From positions 32,001-96,000 of IMG/VR virus record IMGVR_UViG_3300014208_000033: a DNA stretch of 64,000 nucleotides; one strand, written 5' to 3'. The stretch's first letter is position 1, and each line of letters opens with the position of its first letter. The DNA comes from a virus. Of this stretch, positions 61,471 through 64,000 are shown piece after piece. Under the pieces are notes generated by a model that saw only the letters and a program-made list of their open reading frames with translations, did no database searches and was not told where the DNA came from. A program made the position numbers and the translations under genes.

Positions 61471-62664
61471 ATGATTGAAAAAGTATCTGAGTTAAAACAT
61501 AAGTTAGGGAACTACTTTAGCACTAGACGTAAGATTGGTAAAATCTTATATGCTGGGCGTTACTATAATATGAAATCTTGGAATGATAATGGTTTCATTA
61601 AGCTTCAAGTTCATCTAGGATTAAAGAGTCTCATTTTAACTATCTTAACTGAGCACAGCGAAGAAGTATTAGAAGAAACAATGACTCGTTTCTCTAAGAA
61701 CTCTAACCCTACTCCCTTTATACAAAGCCTTAGTTCAAGGATACTAACAGGTAAGAAGCCTAAAACTTGGAGGTCTAGTGCAAATTTCCAACCTGTTATT
61801 AGGATAGTCAATACACCGAAAGTTCAAAAGAACTACGTTGGAAACAAACCAAACATAGAATTCTTGAACAAGTTTGATGAACACTTTGGAGTCTCTACTC
61901 ATAGGCTTATCAGAAGCCTAATTATGTTCTATTCAAGTTTGTCTTTGAAGAATCGTTTCAATGATGGTATCGTAACAACCTTCTTAGATGATAAGAAGGT
62001 TGACTTGAAAGACAACGATACTCAATACGAAATCTACAAGAAAATCTATGATGAGTTCAACGATCCATTTGTACTTAGGTTAGCTCTAACCCCTCAGTAT
62101 CATTTCAGATATCAGGGAGTGAACTTCAACGGCTTCTTTGAACTACTTAGGTCTATCTACACTAGGATCTATTCACCTAAACCTAGAGGTCAGCAGTACG
62201 GTATAGTTGATAGAGCTACTTACAAGCAACTTGTAGAGCGTCTTAACAACATCAAGGGTGATGTTAATAAGATGATGCACTTCATGAAGTTATCTGCTGC
62301 TTACTCTATCTGGTTATCTAAGTCCAAGGGTATTGAACTCATCGTAGATAAGTCTCAGTTCCTCATTGACGATAAGTTCAATCTAGGTGTATGCTTCTTA
62401 GAGCAACGCCGAATGTTCGATCCGTTCCCAATCGAAGACCTCAAGGAAATGCTCTCTTGCGGTTACTTCTATAACCCTTGGGAGTATCTACATAATATAC
62501 TCTTGGGCTCATCACCTAAGAGTATTGCTTATCTTGGTAATTTTAGGAAGATCAAGTACCAGTTACAGTTGGATAGATTGGATGCTAAGAGTGAAAAAGA
62601 AAGAGTGCAAAGCGATAGTTCCGTCAAAGAAGGATCTAGCAGTATTCAAACCGTCTCTGTTTGA
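61471..62664 (+). CDS. Hypothetical protein, 397 aa
   Basis: RBS AGGAGG with its own promoter; no motif recognised. Confidence 0.7.
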   Translation: MIEKVSELKHKLGNYFSTRRKIGKILYAGRYYNMKSWNDNGFIKLQVHLGLKSLILTILTEHSEEVLEETMTRFSKNSNPTPFIQSLSSRILTGKKPKTWRSSANFQPVIRIVNTPKVQKNYVGNKPNIEFLNKFDEHFGVSTHRLIRSLIMFYSSLSLKNRFNDGIVTTFLDDKKVDLKDNDTQYEIYKKIYDEFNDPFVLRLALTPQYHFRYQGVNFNGFFELLRSIYTRIYSPKPRGQQYGIVDRATYKQLVERLNNIKGDVNKMMHFMKLSAAYSIWLSKSKGIELIVDKSQFLIDDKFNLGVCFLEQRRMFDPFPIEDLKEMLSCGYFYNPWEYLHNILLGSSPKSIAYLGNFRKIKYQLQLDRLDAKSEKERVQSDSSVKEGSSSIQTVSV

Positions 62665-63232
62665 CAAGATCGATGAGAAGAAAATCTCTAACTACATAGC
62701 GATCATCAAGCAAATGGAAACTAACAACTTAGAAGATAAGCGCATCTGCACCGTGTTAGGTTTAACTCAAGCCCACCTCGACCTTTTGCGGTCTAGTCCT
62801 GATTACGATAGTACCTTTATGACGAACGTAGACGACCCGGCAGAGGCTATCAGACAATCAATGCAGAACACCGCTATAAAGGCTTCTGAGCAATTGGAGA
62901 GGCTTGTAGCGCAAGGGGATATGGATGCTATCAAGGTGGCACTGAAATCAGTTGGTGCTGACAAACCTGCTGAAACTCAAATGGCAGACACCACTAAGTT
63001 TTTCCTGGATTTGCTTGGTAAGATCGGGATCAAATCGCACGATAGAAAAGCGAGCGATCAGATTGAACAGTTGAAGTCAAAGAAGAAAGATGCGAAGTCT
63101 GAAGATCAGTTAGCCGACGAAAAGATCATGGATGCGGAGTATGAGATTTTAGGTGACGACGATGTTGATGAGGGTCTAAAGGAAGAGGTTCCCGTAAAGA
63201 AGCAGAGCGACATGGAAGACACCGAAGACTAG
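62582..63232 (+). CDS. HTH protein with acidic tail, terminase small subunit-like
   Basis: ICTVLGLTQAHL HTH, helical middle, DAEYE acidic C-terminus. Confidence 0.4.
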   Translation: MLRVKKKECKAIVPSKKDLAVFKPSLFDKIDEKKISNYIAIIKQMETNNLEDKRICTVLGLTQAHLDLLRSSPDYDSTFMTNVDDPAEAIRQSMQNTAIKASEQLERLVAQGDMDAIKVALKSVGADKPAETQMADTTKFFLDLLGKIGIKSHDRKASDQIEQLKSKKKDAKSEDQLADEKIMDAEYEILGDDDVDEGLKEEVPVKKQSDMEDTED

Positions 63233-63283
63233 GATCGGTACGAGGAACGTACCTGAGATTCAGAAAATTCGGAAGAGTGAGAT

Positions 63284-63316
63284 AAGGCCCCCGGATTTCC
63301 GGGGGCCTTTTTGTTT
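63284..63316 (+). terminator. Intrinsic terminator
   Basis: AAGGCCCCCGGA-TT-TCCGGGGGCCTT followed by a T-tract. Confidence 0.85.
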
Positions 63317-63342
63317 CCTTTGGATTTTAGAGCGATTTTGTT

Positions 63343-63933
63343 TTAGCGCAATTTCAGAATCTTAGGCATCTCTTTAGTCTCTTTTGCTTCGATGAAGGCG
63401 TTTGTGAAATCCCAAATCCAGTGGTTGCTTTGGTTAGCCCAATCTTCGTGATTAAGCTCCAAGCAAACCTCGTCAACCATGGTATCGTAGTCTCTTATGT
63501 TCTTAGTCCAGATGTTCTCAAGGATATGCAGGACTTTCTTCTTAAATCCAAGATGCATTGTCATTATGAAGTCTTCGTTTTTGAACGATTTCATATACCC
63601 CTCTCAGTGAATGTAAGTTGCGAATTGATACATCTTACCACGCTCATCATCAATACGCAATTGGTTCATCATCCTAGCGTAGATATCGCCTTCCTCTTTG
63701 AGCTTCTTCTCAAACTTCTTAATGAACTTCTCGAACTTAGTCAGAAAATAAGTCACGTTGTTTTCATCGTCAAACTTATGAGGATTTTCCTTCACAAAGT
63801 TATCGAAGTAGATGATTAGGTTGTTTGCTCGAATATCGTACTGGATGATTTTGTTGTACCCACGAATTACAATCCCGATGATTTTACTTAGCCTTAGCAT
63901 CTGCTTATCTCTTATTATGTCTGATTCAGTCAT
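63343..63933 (-). CDS. Two small hypothetical genes (63343-63594, 63604-63933)
   Basis: ORFs converging on the terminator; the downstream one has an RBS (GAGGGG). Confidence 0.55.
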
Positions 63934-64000
63934 GTAGTTAGGACTGAAACTAGGAAATGCTTCGTAATTGTAGTTGATCCTATCGAAGTACCCCTGCCTG

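Larger units (their letters stand above)
3058..63274. repeat. Dispersed 16-bp palindrome TTMMGAWWWWTCKKAA (at least 27 copies)
   Basis: Copy starts: 3058, 6647, 11908, 12616, 15196, 16442, 20152, 27930, 29220, 31068, 33542, 38305, 41438, 44453, 45827, 51373, 52951, 53567, 54415, 56059, 57058, 58356, 59098, 60194, 60491, 60735, 63259. Confidence 0.92.

Noticed and set aside
3058-63274. Palindrome interpreted as a CodY box (AATTTTCWGAAAATT)
   Set aside because: It shares AATTTTCGGAA, but the symmetry centre differs and the sites are intragenic rather than at promoters; a host factor is not fully excluded
1-64000. Stop-codon reassignment (TAG or TGA)
   Set aside because: Conserved genes are intact in code 11, and TAG/TGA end genes at tight junctions with the next start

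Overview
A 64-kb segment of a large, AT-rich (roughly 38% GC by eye) tailed dsDNA phage genome that uses the standard genetic code. 1-15 kb (+): end of the tape measure gene, tail-tip genes, five consecutive signal-peptide-bearing fibre/adhesin-like genes (two carrying high-GC patches) and a lysis region with an M15 endolysin. 15-60 kb (-): FAD oxidoreductase, a seven-gene glycosyltransferase/radical-SAM/methyltransferase cluster, a divergent PurA homologue, tRNAs (Arg, Ser, Thr, Lys, and Leu with a group I intron), primase, ThyX, a split Rad50 plus Mre11, DnaB, RecA, SSB, family B polymerase, SNF2 helicase, sigma-like factor, HNH nuclease, intein-containing class II RNR and many small ORFs. 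60.2-61.4 kb is a promoter-driven, hairpin-dense non-coding kilobase, followed by two + strand genes. The strongest unexplained signals are: (1) a 16-bp palindrome TTMMGAWWWWTCKKAA present at least 27 times, mostly inside unrelated genes; (2) two ~190-nt structured RNAs, each just downstream of a tRNA, that look like covarying paralogues; (3) a ~950-nt candidate large ncRNA; (4) a PurA homologue with a rebuilt aspartate-binding loop, alongside a PolB with atypical motifs; (5) the signal-peptide tail proteins. All calls were made by eye; no searches or folding programs were run.
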